Positions 40,635-50,249 of a stretch of 64,000 nt of DNA are shown piece after piece. The translations under genes were made by a program, and so were the position numbers. Location of the stretch: the NCBI GenBank assembly GCA_038064875.1, contig JBBTSC010000001.1, forward strand, positions 443,004 to 507,003, in the 5' to 3' direction. How positions within the stretch are numbered: position 1 is the stretch's first letter; each line of letters begins with the position of its first letter. The notes beneath the pieces are model-generated. The model made no database searches, was not told the DNA's origin, and saw only the letters and a list, made by a program, of their open reading frames with translations. Source of the stretch: Patescibacteria group bacterium (GTDB taxonomy: Bacteria; Patescibacteriota; Saccharimonadia; Saccharimonadales; 2-12-FULL-41-12).

Positions 40635-40673
40635 AACAGATTGATTAGATGATAAAAAGATATTCAATCTGTT
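40635..40673. promoter_or_regulatory. 10-bp perfect inverted repeat in the tRNA-Pro / purF divergent region
   Basis: AACAGATTGA (40635-40644) pairs with TCAATCTGTT (40664-40673). It lies between a minus-strand TATAAT (40630-40635) and the purF TGgTATAAT (40692-40700). Confidence 0.35.
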
Positions 40674-40720
40674 TATCTAACCCACTATTTCTGGTATAAT
40701 ACTACCTTAGTAATCTAAAA

Positions 40721-42193
40721 GTGGTAAAGGATTATCATACACTCGTGGCTATAGACCATAAATTAAGTGAAAAATGTGCAGTATTCGGAATTTACGGATC
40801 CGAGGACGCAGCACGAACAGCTTACTTCGGTCTCTGGGCTCTCCAACATCGTGGCCAAGAAGGCTCTGGGATAGTCAGTAGTGACGGGCAACAAATCCAC
40901 CGCTTTGCAGACTTTGGGTTAGTCGCACACGTATACACAGAAGAAGATCTTTCAGCACTTCCTGGATCAATCGCAATAGGTCACAACCGATATGCAACTT
41001 CTGGTGAAACCGATGGAGACTATCTACAACCTTTCCTGGACAATAAGAATAGTTTTGCTGTAGCTCACAATGGCAACTTGCCAGATTGTAGCAAGCTTAT
41101 AGAATTTCTAAAGCAAAATAATCTCTGGGCTGAGAACCTAAATGACTCACAGATGATGCACCGGGCAATCGGACACTTTATGAGCCAAGGATCATCACTC
41201 CCTGAAAGCATAAAACAAGCATACCCCTTACTAACAGGGGTTTTTTCATGCGTTGCTATGGACAAGAACCAACTAGTAGCTTTCCGCGATGAGTGCGGAA
41301 TACGTCCTCTCTCTATAGGTCATCTAGAAAATGGTAGTTACGTCGTCGCATCGGAGACTTGTGCTTTTGAAACTATCGGTGCAACCTATGTTCGTGACGT
41401 GGCACCTGGAGAAATAGTCTTTATTGATGATAATGGTATCAACTCTATCCAGGCTGTCACCGCCAACCCCAAATTTGATATTTTTGAATTTGTATATTTT
41501 GCGCGACCTGATAGCGTGATCATGGGTAAAAGCGTCAGTACAGTACGCGAAAATCTTGGCAAACAAATGGCAAAAGAATTTAACGTAACTGCAGATGTTG
41601 TTATACCGGTTCCGGATTCATCTGTCCCAGCAGCACTTGGTTATGCAGAGCAAAGTGGTATCAAATTCAGCATGGGACTTGTCAAAAACAGATACATCAA
41701 TAGAACTTTTATCCAACCTACCGATGCCCTCCGAAAAAGAGATGTAAAAATGAAACTCAACCCTGTTATTGACATGATAAAGGGCAAACGAGTTATCTTG
41801 GTAGATGATTCGATCGTCCGCGGAACAACTATGAGACAAGTTATTGAAATGCTCCGTTCAGCTGGTGCTACAGAAGTGCATCTTGCTATTAGCTCCCCCC
41901 CTATTCGCTATCCTGACTTTTACGGCATAAACACCCCTCTTCAAAGTGAACTGATAGCTTCTAAAATGAGCGTCAAAGAAATGTGTGATAACCTCGGTGC
42001 AGACTCACTTAATTTCCTATCTATTGACGGGATGATTGCCTCTACAGGGCTCCCTGCAGACGGATTCTCTTTGTCATTTTTTGACGGGGTTTATCCTATT
42101 GATATCGGGAGCCGAGCTAAGGAAGTAGCTCAGATAGCAGAAGATTTTGACTCCACTCAAGAGACAAGTAATCTGGTAGAATCTCACGCCTAG
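40721..42193 (+). CDS. purF: amidophosphoribosyltransferase
   Basis: GTG start. Has a propeptide then CAVFGIYG (N-terminal Cys nucleophile) and the PRPP motif VILVDDSIVRGTT. Confidence 0.9.
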   Translation: MVKDYHTLVAIDHKLSEKCAVFGIYGSEDAARTAYFGLWALQHRGQEGSGIVSSDGQQIHRFADFGLVAHVYTEEDLSALPGSIAIGHNRYATSGETDGDYLQPFLDNKNSFAVAHNGNLPDCSKLIEFLKQNNLWAENLNDSQMMHRAIGHFMSQGSSLPESIKQAYPLLTGVFSCVAMDKNQLVAFRDECGIRPLSIGHLENGSYVVASETCAFETIGATYVRDVAPGEIVFIDDNGINSIQAVTANPKFDIFEFVYFARPDSVIMGKSVSTVRENLGKQMAKEFNVTADVVIPVPDSSVPAALGYAEQSGIKFSMGLVKNRYINRTFIQPTDALRKRDVKMKLNPVIDMIKGKRVILVDDSIVRGTTMRQVIEMLRSAGATEVHLAISSPPIRYPDFYGINTPLQSELIASKMSVKEMCDNLGADSLNFLSIDGMIASTGLPADGFSLSFFDGVYPIDIGSRAKEVAQIAEDFDSTQETSNLVESHA

Positions 42194-42202
42194 GATGGGT
42201 CT

Positions 42203-42856
42203 ATGAGTCATCCGAAAATCGCAATCTTAGCATCAGGATCTGGGACAACCGCTGAAGCCTTTGTCTTAGCTGGAGTTAATGGCACTATAGATACTCAAGT
42301 GGAGCTTGTTATATGTAGCAACAGATCTGCTGGTATATTTGAGAGGATTGAAAATTTAAACAAGATGCATGGACTGAACATCAAATGTATCTACATCGGT
42401 AAAGATAGCCATCCAGATCCCAAAGGTGAAGAAGAAGCATTACTTAACATGTTAAGTAACTCAAATGTTGATGCTATTGTTCTGATGGGTTACATGAAAA
42501 AGATTGGGCCAAAGTTAGTGAAAGCTTTTGGTTGGCGGAACGACTTCACCAGCCCATATCAAGCAAAAATGCTAAATACCCACCCGGGGCTTTTACCTGA
42601 ATCAGCAGGAATGTATGGCAGGAACGTTCAGCAACACACACTAGACCTGGACCTACCTTTTAGCGGGCAAACCCTCCATGTAGTATCTGAGCAATACGAT
42701 GAAGGACCAATCATTGCAGAACACAAAGTTGCTGTGGCATCTGGTGAAACTGCAGACACTTTATTTGCGAAAGTTCAGAAAGCAGAAAAAGAATACTTAC
42801 CAAAAGATGTTGATACCTTCATAAAGAAAAGGTTAGAGTATTTAGAGGAGAATTGA
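42203..42856 (+). CDS. purN: phosphoribosylglycinamide formyltransferase
   Basis: ILASGSGT, NTHPGLLP and the DEGPIIAEHKV pattern. Confidence 0.85.
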   Translation: MSHPKIAILASGSGTTAEAFVLAGVNGTIDTQVELVICSNRSAGIFERIENLNKMHGLNIKCIYIGKDSHPDPKGEEEALLNMLSNSNVDAIVLMGYMKKIGPKLVKAFGWRNDFTSPYQAKMLNTHPGLLPESAGMYGRNVQQHTLDLDLPFSGQTLHVVSEQYDEGPIIAEHKVAVASGETADTLFAKVQKAEKEYLPKDVDTFIKKRLEYLEEN

Positions 42857-44127
42857 TGAGCAAGACTTTATTAGTTATTGGTAGCGGTGGCCGTGAGCAT
42901 GCATTGATCTGGAAACTCGCCCAGTCGCCTAAAGTTGGCAAAATCTATTGTGCGCCTGGAAACGGGGGAATTTCAGAGATTGCTGAGATTGTACCAATAG
43001 GGATGCTAGAAACAGACAAGTTGGTAGATTTTGCAAAGAAAAATTCTATCGATTTCACAGTAGTAGCACCTGATGACGCGCTGGCGGCAGGGGTAGTCGA
43101 TGCTTTTGAATCAGCGGGCTTGAGAGCATTTGGACCGACAAAATCAGCTTCACAAATAGAAGCCTCTAAAGCATTCTCTAAAGACCTCATGCAAAAAAAT
43201 AATATACCAACAGCAAATTATATGAACTTCTCTGATGCTGAACAGGCAAAAAAATATCTAGAAACCTGCAAATACCCGACAGTTGTAAAAGCCAGTGGAC
43301 TCGCTGCCGGAAAAGGCGTAATCATATGCGAAGACTACGGCGCTGCAACAAAAGCTATAGATGAAATTATGGGTGACAAAATATTTGGAAGCTCTGGCGA
43401 TACTATAGTCATAGAAGATTTTTTAGTTGGCCAAGAAGTCTCTATCCACGCGCTCAGTGACGGTAAGAAATTCGTTCTTTTCCCCACTTCACAAGACCAC
43501 AAACAAGTTTTTGACGGTGACAAAGGACCAAATACCGGTGGCATGGGAGTCATTGCTCCAATAGATTGGGTTACGGAAGCCAATCTCAACACCGTTAAAG
43601 AAAAGATAGTCCAGCCAGTGCTTGACGGTCTACGTAATGAAAATGCTAATTTTGTTGGTTGCCTGTATCCAGGGCTGATGATCAATGGTGATGATGTTAA
43701 TACGGTTGAATTCAATTGTAGATTTGGCGACCCAGAGACTGAAGCCTACATGCGACTTTTCGACGGAGATCTATATGAGGTGTTTGAATCTTGTGTAGAT
43801 GGCAACCTAGATCCTAGTGCCGTCAAATGGCAAGATGGATATGCGGTCACAATCATCCTGGCTTCTGGAGGATATCCAGCAAAATACGAAACAGGGCTAC
43901 CCATTTCTGGTATTGATAAAGCTCAGAAAATTGAAAATGTAATTGTCTTTCATGCCGGAACTAAAAAAACAGATTCTGGTTTTGTAACCGCAGGTGGAAG
44001 AGTCCTAAATGTAACTGCAACCGGTGCTACTTTGGATCAAGCACTAGCGACCGCCTACAAAGCTGTTGATTTGATTCATTTTGAGGGTATGCACTACCGC
44101 ACCGACATCGGCCGACGTCCAAGTTAG
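42853..44127 (+). CDS. purD: phosphoribosylamine--glycine ligase
   Basis: VIGSGGREHAL, an ATP-grasp core and a 4-nt overlap with purN. Confidence 0.9.
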   Translation: MMSKTLLVIGSGGREHALIWKLAQSPKVGKIYCAPGNGGISEIAEIVPIGMLETDKLVDFAKKNSIDFTVVAPDDALAAGVVDAFESAGLRAFGPTKSASQIEASKAFSKDLMQKNNIPTANYMNFSDAEQAKKYLETCKYPTVVKASGLAAGKGVIICEDYGAATKAIDEIMGDKIFGSSGDTIVIEDFLVGQEVSIHALSDGKKFVLFPTSQDHKQVFDGDKGPNTGGMGVIAPIDWVTEANLNTVKEKIVQPVLDGLRNENANFVGCLYPGLMINGDDVNTVEFNCRFGDPETEAYMRLFDGDLYEVFESCVDGNLDPSAVKWQDGYAVTIILASGGYPAKYETGLPISGIDKAQKIENVIVFHAGTKKTDSGFVTAGGRVLNVTATGATLDQALATAYKAVDLIHFEGMHYRTDIGRRPS

Positions 44128-44143
44128 TTTTCAGTTCTTAAGT

Positions 44144-45112
44144 TTATGTTTGGTTTTCGCCGTCAAATAGTGCTGAGACTGATCCATCTTCAAAGATAGC
44201 TTGGATTGCTTGAGCAATCAAGTCGACTACTGAAATAACTTCTATCTTAGGTGATTTAGGCAAATTCTTAGGCAAAGGCAAAGTATCAGTGACTGCTAGA
44301 TAGTCAATATCTGATTTACCAATACGATCCATCGCAGGGTTAGAAAACAGTCCATGAGTTGCCACGACTGAGACTGATTTGGCACCTTTTTTCTTCAACA
44401 TCTCGGCTGCTACACAAATAGTACCAGCAGTGTCTATCATATCGTCGTTTATCACACAGTGCCTACCTTTGATGTCCCCAATTACATCAAGAGCTTCTGC
44501 TTGATTGTTCTTGACTCTTCTCTTGTGGACTATCGCGATATCAGTGCCAAGACGACTGGCGTATCTCTCTGTTAGCTTCACTCTACCTGCATCAGGTGAG
44601 ACCATGACACAGTCGGTTCCAAATCGTTTTTTTATGTGACTAGCTATCGCTGGCAAAGCTATTAGGTGATCAAATGGCCCGTTGAAAAATCCTTGTATCT
44701 GACCAGAATGCAAATCTACACTTACAATCCTATTAGCACCCGCTGTACTCAGGATATCTACAACTAGTTTTGCAGTTATCGGCTCACGACCTTTTGATTT
44801 TCTATCTTGTCTGGCATAACCAAAAAACGGACAGACTGCTGTAATATGTGCGGCCGAAGCTCTTTTTGCAGCGTCGATTAAAACCGCTTGCTCAATGATG
44901 GCTTCTGCAACAGATTCATTATGCGCCTGAAAAATAAAAACGTCGGCTCCACGAACCGACTCATCTAGTTGATACTTAACTTCACCGTTTGCAAAACTTT
45001 GTTTACCGGACCGACTGACTTTTACTCCAAGTTTTTTTGCTATATTTTCAGCCAGCTCAGGATAATGGCTTCCTGCCAAGATCATCAGTCTCTTGTTTTT
45101 TACTTCGATCAT
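44144..45112 (-). CDS. prs: ribose-phosphate pyrophosphokinase
   Basis: ARQDRK and DDMIDTAGT motifs. Confidence 0.9.
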   Translation of the reverse strand: MIEVKNKRLMILAGSHYPELAENIAKKLGVKVSRSGKQSFANGEVKYQLDESVRGADVFIFQAHNESVAEAIIEQAVLIDAAKRASAAHITAVCPFFGYARQDRKSKGREPITAKLVVDILSTAGANRIVSVDLHSGQIQGFFNGPFDHLIALPAIASHIKKRFGTDCVMVSPDAGRVKLTERYASRLGTDIAIVHKRRVKNNQAEALDVIGDIKGRHCVINDDMIDTAGTICVAAEMLKKKGAKSVSVVATHGLFSNPAMDRIGKSDIDYLAVTDTLPLPKNLPKSPKIEVISVVDLIAQAIQAIFEDGSVSALFDGENQT

Positions 45113-45138
45113 TGGCTATATTCTACCACATTAAGAAG

Positions 45139-45762
45139 CTACTTTTGCAATAGATCAGCTATATAAGGTTGTATTTGTTGGAACAGCCAGTCATGGCCAT
45201 CAGTGTTAGGATGGGTGCCATCATCGATCATACTAGCCCAACCAATTTTCTTTGCCTCTGAATTAAGATCCAAATATTTTACTTCTTTTTCAGAACATAG
45301 ATTTTGAATACTAACGTTATAAGAATCAATAGTCTCATTAAAATATGAAATATCTTCCCAGGACACAGGCGTTGATCTTAATTCATCAACTGGCAATATT
45401 GAACATATAAATACATATTTCGCTTCAACTTTCGCCATATCAATTAATCGAGAAAAATCCGTAACAAATGCAGATTTGTCTGTTACCGAATCTGGATTTT
45501 TTCCCTGTTTGTAAGTGTCATTTGTTCCTACGGCCAATATAATCACTGAATCATCAAAACTATCCCAACGTTTAGTCCTAGCTTCTGTTTCATGTTTGAA
45601 TCTTTTTACAACGTGCTCGACTTTATCTCCGCTTATTCCAAGATTAAATATCGATGCATCTTTTTGATTTTTTAAAACATAATTTTGGAGTCGACCAACC
45701 CATCCTCCATTTGTATCGTGATAACCCTGTGCGATACTATCACCAAAGACAATTACCCTCAC
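45139..45762 (-). CDS. SGNH/GDSL-family hydrolase
   Basis: GDS block (VFGDSIAQG), GTND and DGTHP. GTG start with SD GGAGGT. Confidence 0.75.
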   Translation of the reverse strand: MRVIVFGDSIAQGYHDTNGGWVGRLQNYVLKNQKDASIFNLGISGDKVEHVVKRFKHETEARTKRWDSFDDSVIILAVGTNDTYKQGKNPDSVTDKSAFVTDFSRLIDMAKVEAKYVFICSILPVDELRSTPVSWEDISYFNETIDSYNVSIQNLCSEKEVKYLDLNSEAKKIGWASMIDDGTHPNTDGHDWLFQQIQPYIADLLQK

Positions 45763-45859
45763 TCTTTACCTCCTATTAATTTCAGGAGCTCTGAATACGT
45801 ATAATAGCCTGTGTCAGTATTTAGGTGACCGTCAATACCAAGAATGGTAAGTACTATTT

Positions 45860-46324
45860 TCATTCTATTTCCATTTCGAGCTCTAGAGAATATGGCTCAA
45901 AGCCAACTGACTTGTAAAATTCTATTGCCGAAGTATTTGGAATTGATGGGCTTACTGTCATTTTCTGCGCCCCATTCTCTTTTGACCAGTTTTTTAATTC
46001 TTCAAACAACCGTCTGCCAATACTTTGATGTCGGTATTTTTCTTCAATAAATATGTTTTCAAGTTCTGAGATATGAACAGATCGCCAGCTTATATCCTTT
46101 TTTACTTCACCTGTTATATAACCAACCACCTCGCCATCATCCTCTGCAACAAAACAAACACCTCTATTTTCAATTCGATCGGTAAAATATTTTTCGCCCT
46201 CTGGCCCCTGCGACCAGTCCATAACAAGATTGGATATCCGCCCTTCATCATTTCTAAAAAGTTTATAGCTTAAATTTTGTATTGGTTTTAGGTCGCCGAT
46301 ATTAGCTTTTCGAATAGTGATCAT
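45860..46324 (-). CDS. GNAT-family N-acetyltransferase
   Basis: Acetyl-CoA motif HQSIGRRLFEEL. Start trimmed to ATG 46324 (GGAG upstream) to remove the overlap with rny. Confidence 0.8.
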   Translation of the reverse strand: MITIRKANIGDLKPIQNLSYKLFRNDEGRISNLVMDWSQGPEGEKYFTDRIENRGVCFVAEDDGEVVGYITGEVKKDISWRSVHISELENIFIEEKYRHQSIGRRLFEELKNWSKENGAQKMTVSPSIPNTSAIEFYKSVGFEPYSLELEMEIE

Positions 46325-46337
46325 GAGAGACAGTCTC

Positions 46338-47852
46338 CTATTTAGCGTATTCTGTGGCACGAGTTTCGCGAATGACATTAACCTTGATTGTTCCAGGATA
46401 CTGCATAGTGGATTCAATCTTTGTGGCTACATCACGAGCTAATTTGATAGCTCCGAGATCATCAAGCTGAGTTGGCTTTACAAAGACACGTACCTCTCGT
46501 CCAGCGCTGATCGCATATGCTTTTTCAACTCCGCTAAATCCTGTGGCAACATTTTCAAGTTCCTTCATTCGCTCTGCAAAGTTTTCTACGCTGATATTTC
46601 GACCGCCTGGTCGGGCAGCAGAGATAGCGTCAACAACACGGACAACTAAAGCTTCTGGCGTTGTGGCCTCCATGTCATCGTGGTGAGCTTCGGCTGCATG
46701 AGCAACTGCTTCTGACACACCGTATTTTCGAGCTATTTCACCGGTAATGTGGTGGTGTTTTCCTTCAACTTTGTGGGTTAAGGCTTTGCCCATATCGTGG
46801 ATTAGAGCCGCATATTTAGCCACTTTTGCATCTGCACCTATTTGGTCAGCTATAACACCGGCGATGTGAGCCATCTCAGTACTGTGCTTCAACACGTTCT
46901 GTCCATAACTTGTTCGGAATTTAAGTTCGCCAAGGTATTGTAAAATCTCTTTTGGAATTCCTACGATCCCAACTTCTCGAGCAGCATCTTCACCGGTTCG
47001 CATAACATCTTTTTGAACTTGCTTTTGTGCTTTTTCAACAACTTCCTCGATTCGACCTGGGTGAATACGCCCGTCCTTGAGAAGCATCTCAAGAGTCAAC
47101 CTAGCAACTTCACGTCGCACTGGGTCAAATGAGCTAAAGACGATCATGCCTGGCGTATCATCAACCATGATGTCCACACCTGTGGCTTTTTGTAGCGCCT
47201 GGATATTACGTCCTTCTTTACCGATAATTCGGCCTTTCATTTCCTCGTCTTCTAGTTTCATAGATGTCAGCGTTCTCTCGGCAGTTACTTCACTAGCCAT
47301 ACGCTCCATTGCCTCGACTATTATCACGCCTGCCTTTTCCTCTGCATTGTCGCGCGCTTCATTTTGCAATTTTGCGACAAGTCCGACTAGGTCTTCCTTG
47401 ATGTCTCGCTCTGTCATCTGCATTAATTTATCAGCTGCATCTTTTTTGGTCAGCTTGGCGATTTTTTCTAATTTGTCTTGTTGTTTTGTCCGAATCTCTT
47501 TGATGTGATTCTTTAGGCTCTCATTTTCATCTTCGCTCTTGCGAAGTGATTCACTCCTCTTGTCGAGCTCATCAAGTTTTTTGTCTAAAGATTCCTCGCG
47601 AGTTAAAAGTCGCTTTTCGATATCTTTGTATTCCTCACGTCGCTTGGCATCGCCTTTGCGCGCTTCGTCGCTCAATTTAGTTGCTTCAGCTTTAGCCTCT
47701 TCGACTAATTTGTCAGCTTTTGCTTTTGCTTTTTTTAGCTCTTTTTCTGCTTCTGCTTCAGCGTTGTTTAGTTTTTTCTTAGTTGTATATGTACTAGCAC
47801 CATAACCCGCGCCCAAGGCGATTACGGCAAGCACGATAGAAATTGGTTCCAT
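46338..47852 (-). CDS. rny: ribonuclease Y
   Basis: N-terminal TM helix, coiled coil, KH (IGKEGRNIQ) and an HD domain (HDMGK). Confidence 0.92.
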   Translation of the reverse strand: MEPISIVLAVIALGAGYGASTYTTKKKLNNAEAEAEKELKKAKAKADKLVEEAKAEATKLSDEARKGDAKRREEYKDIEKRLLTREESLDKKLDELDKRSESLRKSEDENESLKNHIKEIRTKQQDKLEKIAKLTKKDAADKLMQMTERDIKEDLVGLVAKLQNEARDNAEEKAGVIIVEAMERMASEVTAERTLTSMKLEDEEMKGRIIGKEGRNIQALQKATGVDIMVDDTPGMIVFSSFDPVRREVARLTLEMLLKDGRIHPGRIEEVVEKAQKQVQKDVMRTGEDAAREVGIVGIPKEILQYLGELKFRTSYGQNVLKHSTEMAHIAGVIADQIGADAKVAKYAALIHDMGKALTHKVEGKHHHITGEIARKYGVSEAVAHAAEAHHDDMEATTPEALVVRVVDAISAARPGGRNISVENFAERMKELENVATGFSGVEKAYAISAGREVRVFVKPTQLDDLGAIKLARDVATKIESTMQYPGTIKVNVIRETRATEYAK

Positions 47853-48021
47853 CAGTGTCTCCTTTTTGTTTCTCGCAGTTTTTAGTAGAGAGTACCTGGG
47901 GTCATCACTATCACTTCATTAGACCAGAGGTAGACTCAGAAAATTCTTCGAAAATATTAATAATTTGTTATCTGTAAACTCACTTAGATAAGTCTTCTTA
48001 TCTGGCAATAATTATACCACA

Positions 48022-48414
48022 TTATTTACGGGGTTTTGTAATGTTTGGCTCGTTGCCATAATGTATTTTTGCAATTCTGTCATTGACGCCCTTTTTAATA
48101 CTCGCCAAGCCTTTATCTTGCCAATCTTTCCCGCTCACGCCAACAATAGGGACTTTTAGAGAATAGGCTAGCGTATTTGCGACTGATGCGCCTATCCGAA
48201 GTCCTGTGAAACTACCAGGGCCAGCAAAAAAGACGATCCCTGAGATGTCTTTAAATTCGAGATTATTCTCTTTCAGAAGTTTTTCTATTTTAGCATTCAA
48301 GGTCAACGAAAGTTGGTTGCCAGCCAGCCATTCAAGGCTCGCGGTTACTTCTAAATCTTCAGCAAGTCCAACAAAAGCGTCTGTCTGATCTGTCTTTATA
48401 AGTAAAATTCCCAT
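48022..48414 (-). CDS. tsaB: tRNA t6A biosynthesis protein TsaB (short form)
   Basis: GPGSFTGLRIG motif. 130 aa. Confidence 0.75.
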   Translation of the reverse strand: MGILLIKTDQTDAFVGLAEDLEVTASLEWLAGNQLSLTLNAKIEKLLKENNLEFKDISGIVFFAGPGSFTGLRIGASVANTLAYSLKVPIVGVSGKDWQDKGLASIKKGVNDRIAKIHYGNEPNITKPRK

Positions 48415-48875
48415 CAGGCTAGACCTTCAGTAATATATGAGTATTTGCTCGGTGCAGATATTGTTATCTTTCTCTTGTTCTCATCCGGCTGTGACTGTAG
48501 CTGTATTTTTATGAGATCATCAATGTATTCGATTTGCTTAGCCCATTCGATAATTGTGATTGCGCCAGGCTGACTTATCGCTTCGTCAATTTCATGCTTC
48601 ACTTCACCTATATCTTCTAGTCTATATAAATCAAAGTGGTTGATCAGAAAGGCTGTTTTGTAAACATTGAGCAGACTAAAGGTTGGACTAGTCACAGGGC
48701 CTGCATATCCTAAAGCTCTTGCGAGCCCAGACACAAAAGTTGTCTTGCCCGCGCCTAGATCACCGATCATTTCTATAACCTCTCCGCCCCTCAGGTTTTT
48801 AGCTAGGGCCTCCGCCAAAGATACCGTTGATTCGGAATTGTCGGAATAAATTTGATATCTCAAATCTGTACTCAT
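48414..48875 (-). CDS. tsaE: tRNA t6A biosynthesis ATPase TsaE
   Basis: P-loop GDLGAGKTTF. ATG 48875 preferred over the TTG at 48896. Confidence 0.8.
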   Translation of the reverse strand: MSTDLRYQIYSDNSESTVSLAEALAKNLRGGEVIEMIGDLGAGKTTFVSGLARALGYAGPVTSPTFSLLNVYKTAFLINHFDLYRLEDIGEVKHEIDEAISQPGAITIIEWAKQIEYIDDLIKIQLQSQPDENKRKITISAPSKYSYITEGLA

Positions 48876-50190
48876 ATATACCGTATGATAACGCAAGCAG
48901 TCCTGTCATGGCTAGCATAAGTGGATGAACTGTCTGCGGAGCTTCTGTTTCTTGGAAATTATTTGTCGGCCCTTTTTCATCCTTCTTTGTAGATTTTTTC
49001 TGCGCAGTAGCTTTGGCTGTTTTTGCTGAGGCTTGCTTTGCTTTGGTGGTCTTTGCGGTAGTTGTCTTTGGTTTTTTGGCACTTACTGCCTTCAAGGTTG
49101 AGAGGGCTGTCGGCAAAGTTTGTATGTTATTAGCTCCCGGCGACCCAGAGATTGACCATTGCCAAGCTCCTGCATAAAATTGCCACACTTCGCCTTCTTT
49201 AGCATCGCTGTATGGATCTGTTTCGCTCACTGTCTGACCTTCCTTGTCCTGGAGTCGAGCTTTGGATGAAGTATTGGATAAAGTCAATCCGCTATCTTTA
49301 GAATAAAATGCTACGTATGATTTTGCTGGAATACTAATGCCACTTATAGCATACGAGTAAGAGTATGTATTACCTGTCTGAATTTTATAGCCAGATAGAT
49401 CAAAAGCAACGTCGTTAGGATTATAAAGTTCAACATATTCATCATCTGCATCAGTCAGTGGTGAAGCAGGATTTGGCAGTAGCTCCGTAATATATGGTTC
49501 TAATAATTGAACAACAGGTGGCAAAACAACAGGAACTTCTTCTACCGGAGCTTGTTCTTCTGGATTGTCTGTACTCTCTGGCGATTCTTCGATTGGTACT
49601 TCTGGTGGCAATTCTTCTTCAGGAACATAAATATAATTTACTAGCCTAGGGTTTGGGGTATCAAGTGTACTAAAATCACTATGATTATTATCAGTATCAA
49701 TGTAGTCTGTCTGCCCGATGGAACGAGCAAGACTTTTGCTTTTGGCAGGTGCAGAGCTAGCTTGCCCTTCAAATCGAGTTGAGCCTCCCCAACCCAAGCC
49801 GTCGACAACAAGCCCCGAGTTCTTTTGCACAATTCGAACATAGCCACCACTATCAGCAAGGGCGCTGGTAAATTCCTGGTCTCTTTTGTCCGTCAAATAA
49901 CTTGTCCGTGCCAGCAAATAATAGCTGTCTGCTCCTAAATTACCAGTCAATTCAACTGACCAAGTCGCTGTCGCTGAGGTTGAGCTTGCAGAAAAATATT
50001 CTAAAACGTAATTGGACAGATCGACACTATTTTCCGCAGAATTATAGACTTCAATAAATTCTTGGTTGGAGGATGTGGTTGTTGCTGTCTGAAGTTCAGT
50101 GAGCAAAAGTTCATTTTGCCCAGTATCAGCGTGCGCCAAATTAGAACAAAAGAAAACAGAGCAAAATACAATAAGCATAAGCTTTTTCAT
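48799..50190 (-). CDS. secreted protein with two lamin-tail domains (LTD) and a C-terminal TM anchor
   Basis: Signal peptide. Two LTD signatures (NQEFIEVYNSAENSVDLSNY and DDEYVELYNPNDVAFDLSGY). Lys/Thr/Ala-rich stalk and a TM helix. Confidence 0.75.
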   Translation of the reverse strand: MKKLMLIVFCSVFFCSNLAHADTGQNELLLTELQTATTTSSNQEFIEVYNSAENSVDLSNYVLEYFSASSTSATATWSVELTGNLGADSYYLLARTSYLTDKRDQEFTSALADSGGYVRIVQKNSGLVVDGLGWGGSTRFEGQASSAPAKSKSLARSIGQTDYIDTDNNHSDFSTLDTPNPRLVNYIYVPEEELPPEVPIEESPESTDNPEEQAPVEEVPVVLPPVVQLLEPYITELLPNPASPLTDADDEYVELYNPNDVAFDLSGYKIQTGNTYSYSYAISGISIPAKSYVAFYSKDSGLTLSNTSSKARLQDKEGQTVSETDPYSDAKEGEVWQFYAGAWQWSISGSPGANNIQTLPTALSTLKAVSAKKPKTTTAKTTKAKQASAKTAKATAQKKSTKKDEKGPTNNFQETEAPQTVHPLMLAMTGLLALSYGIYEYRFEISNLFRQFRINGIFGGGPS

Positions 50191-50249
50191 TCAATGAATT
50201 TTAACATCTATATATTTGGTCATCCAAATACTTAGCTGTGGATATTCCC

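Noticed and set aside
40300-40652. ORFs of 93 and 89 aa across the tRNA-Pro region.
   Set aside because: They run through tRNA-Pro, its terminators and the hairpin-rich element. They show no coding signals.
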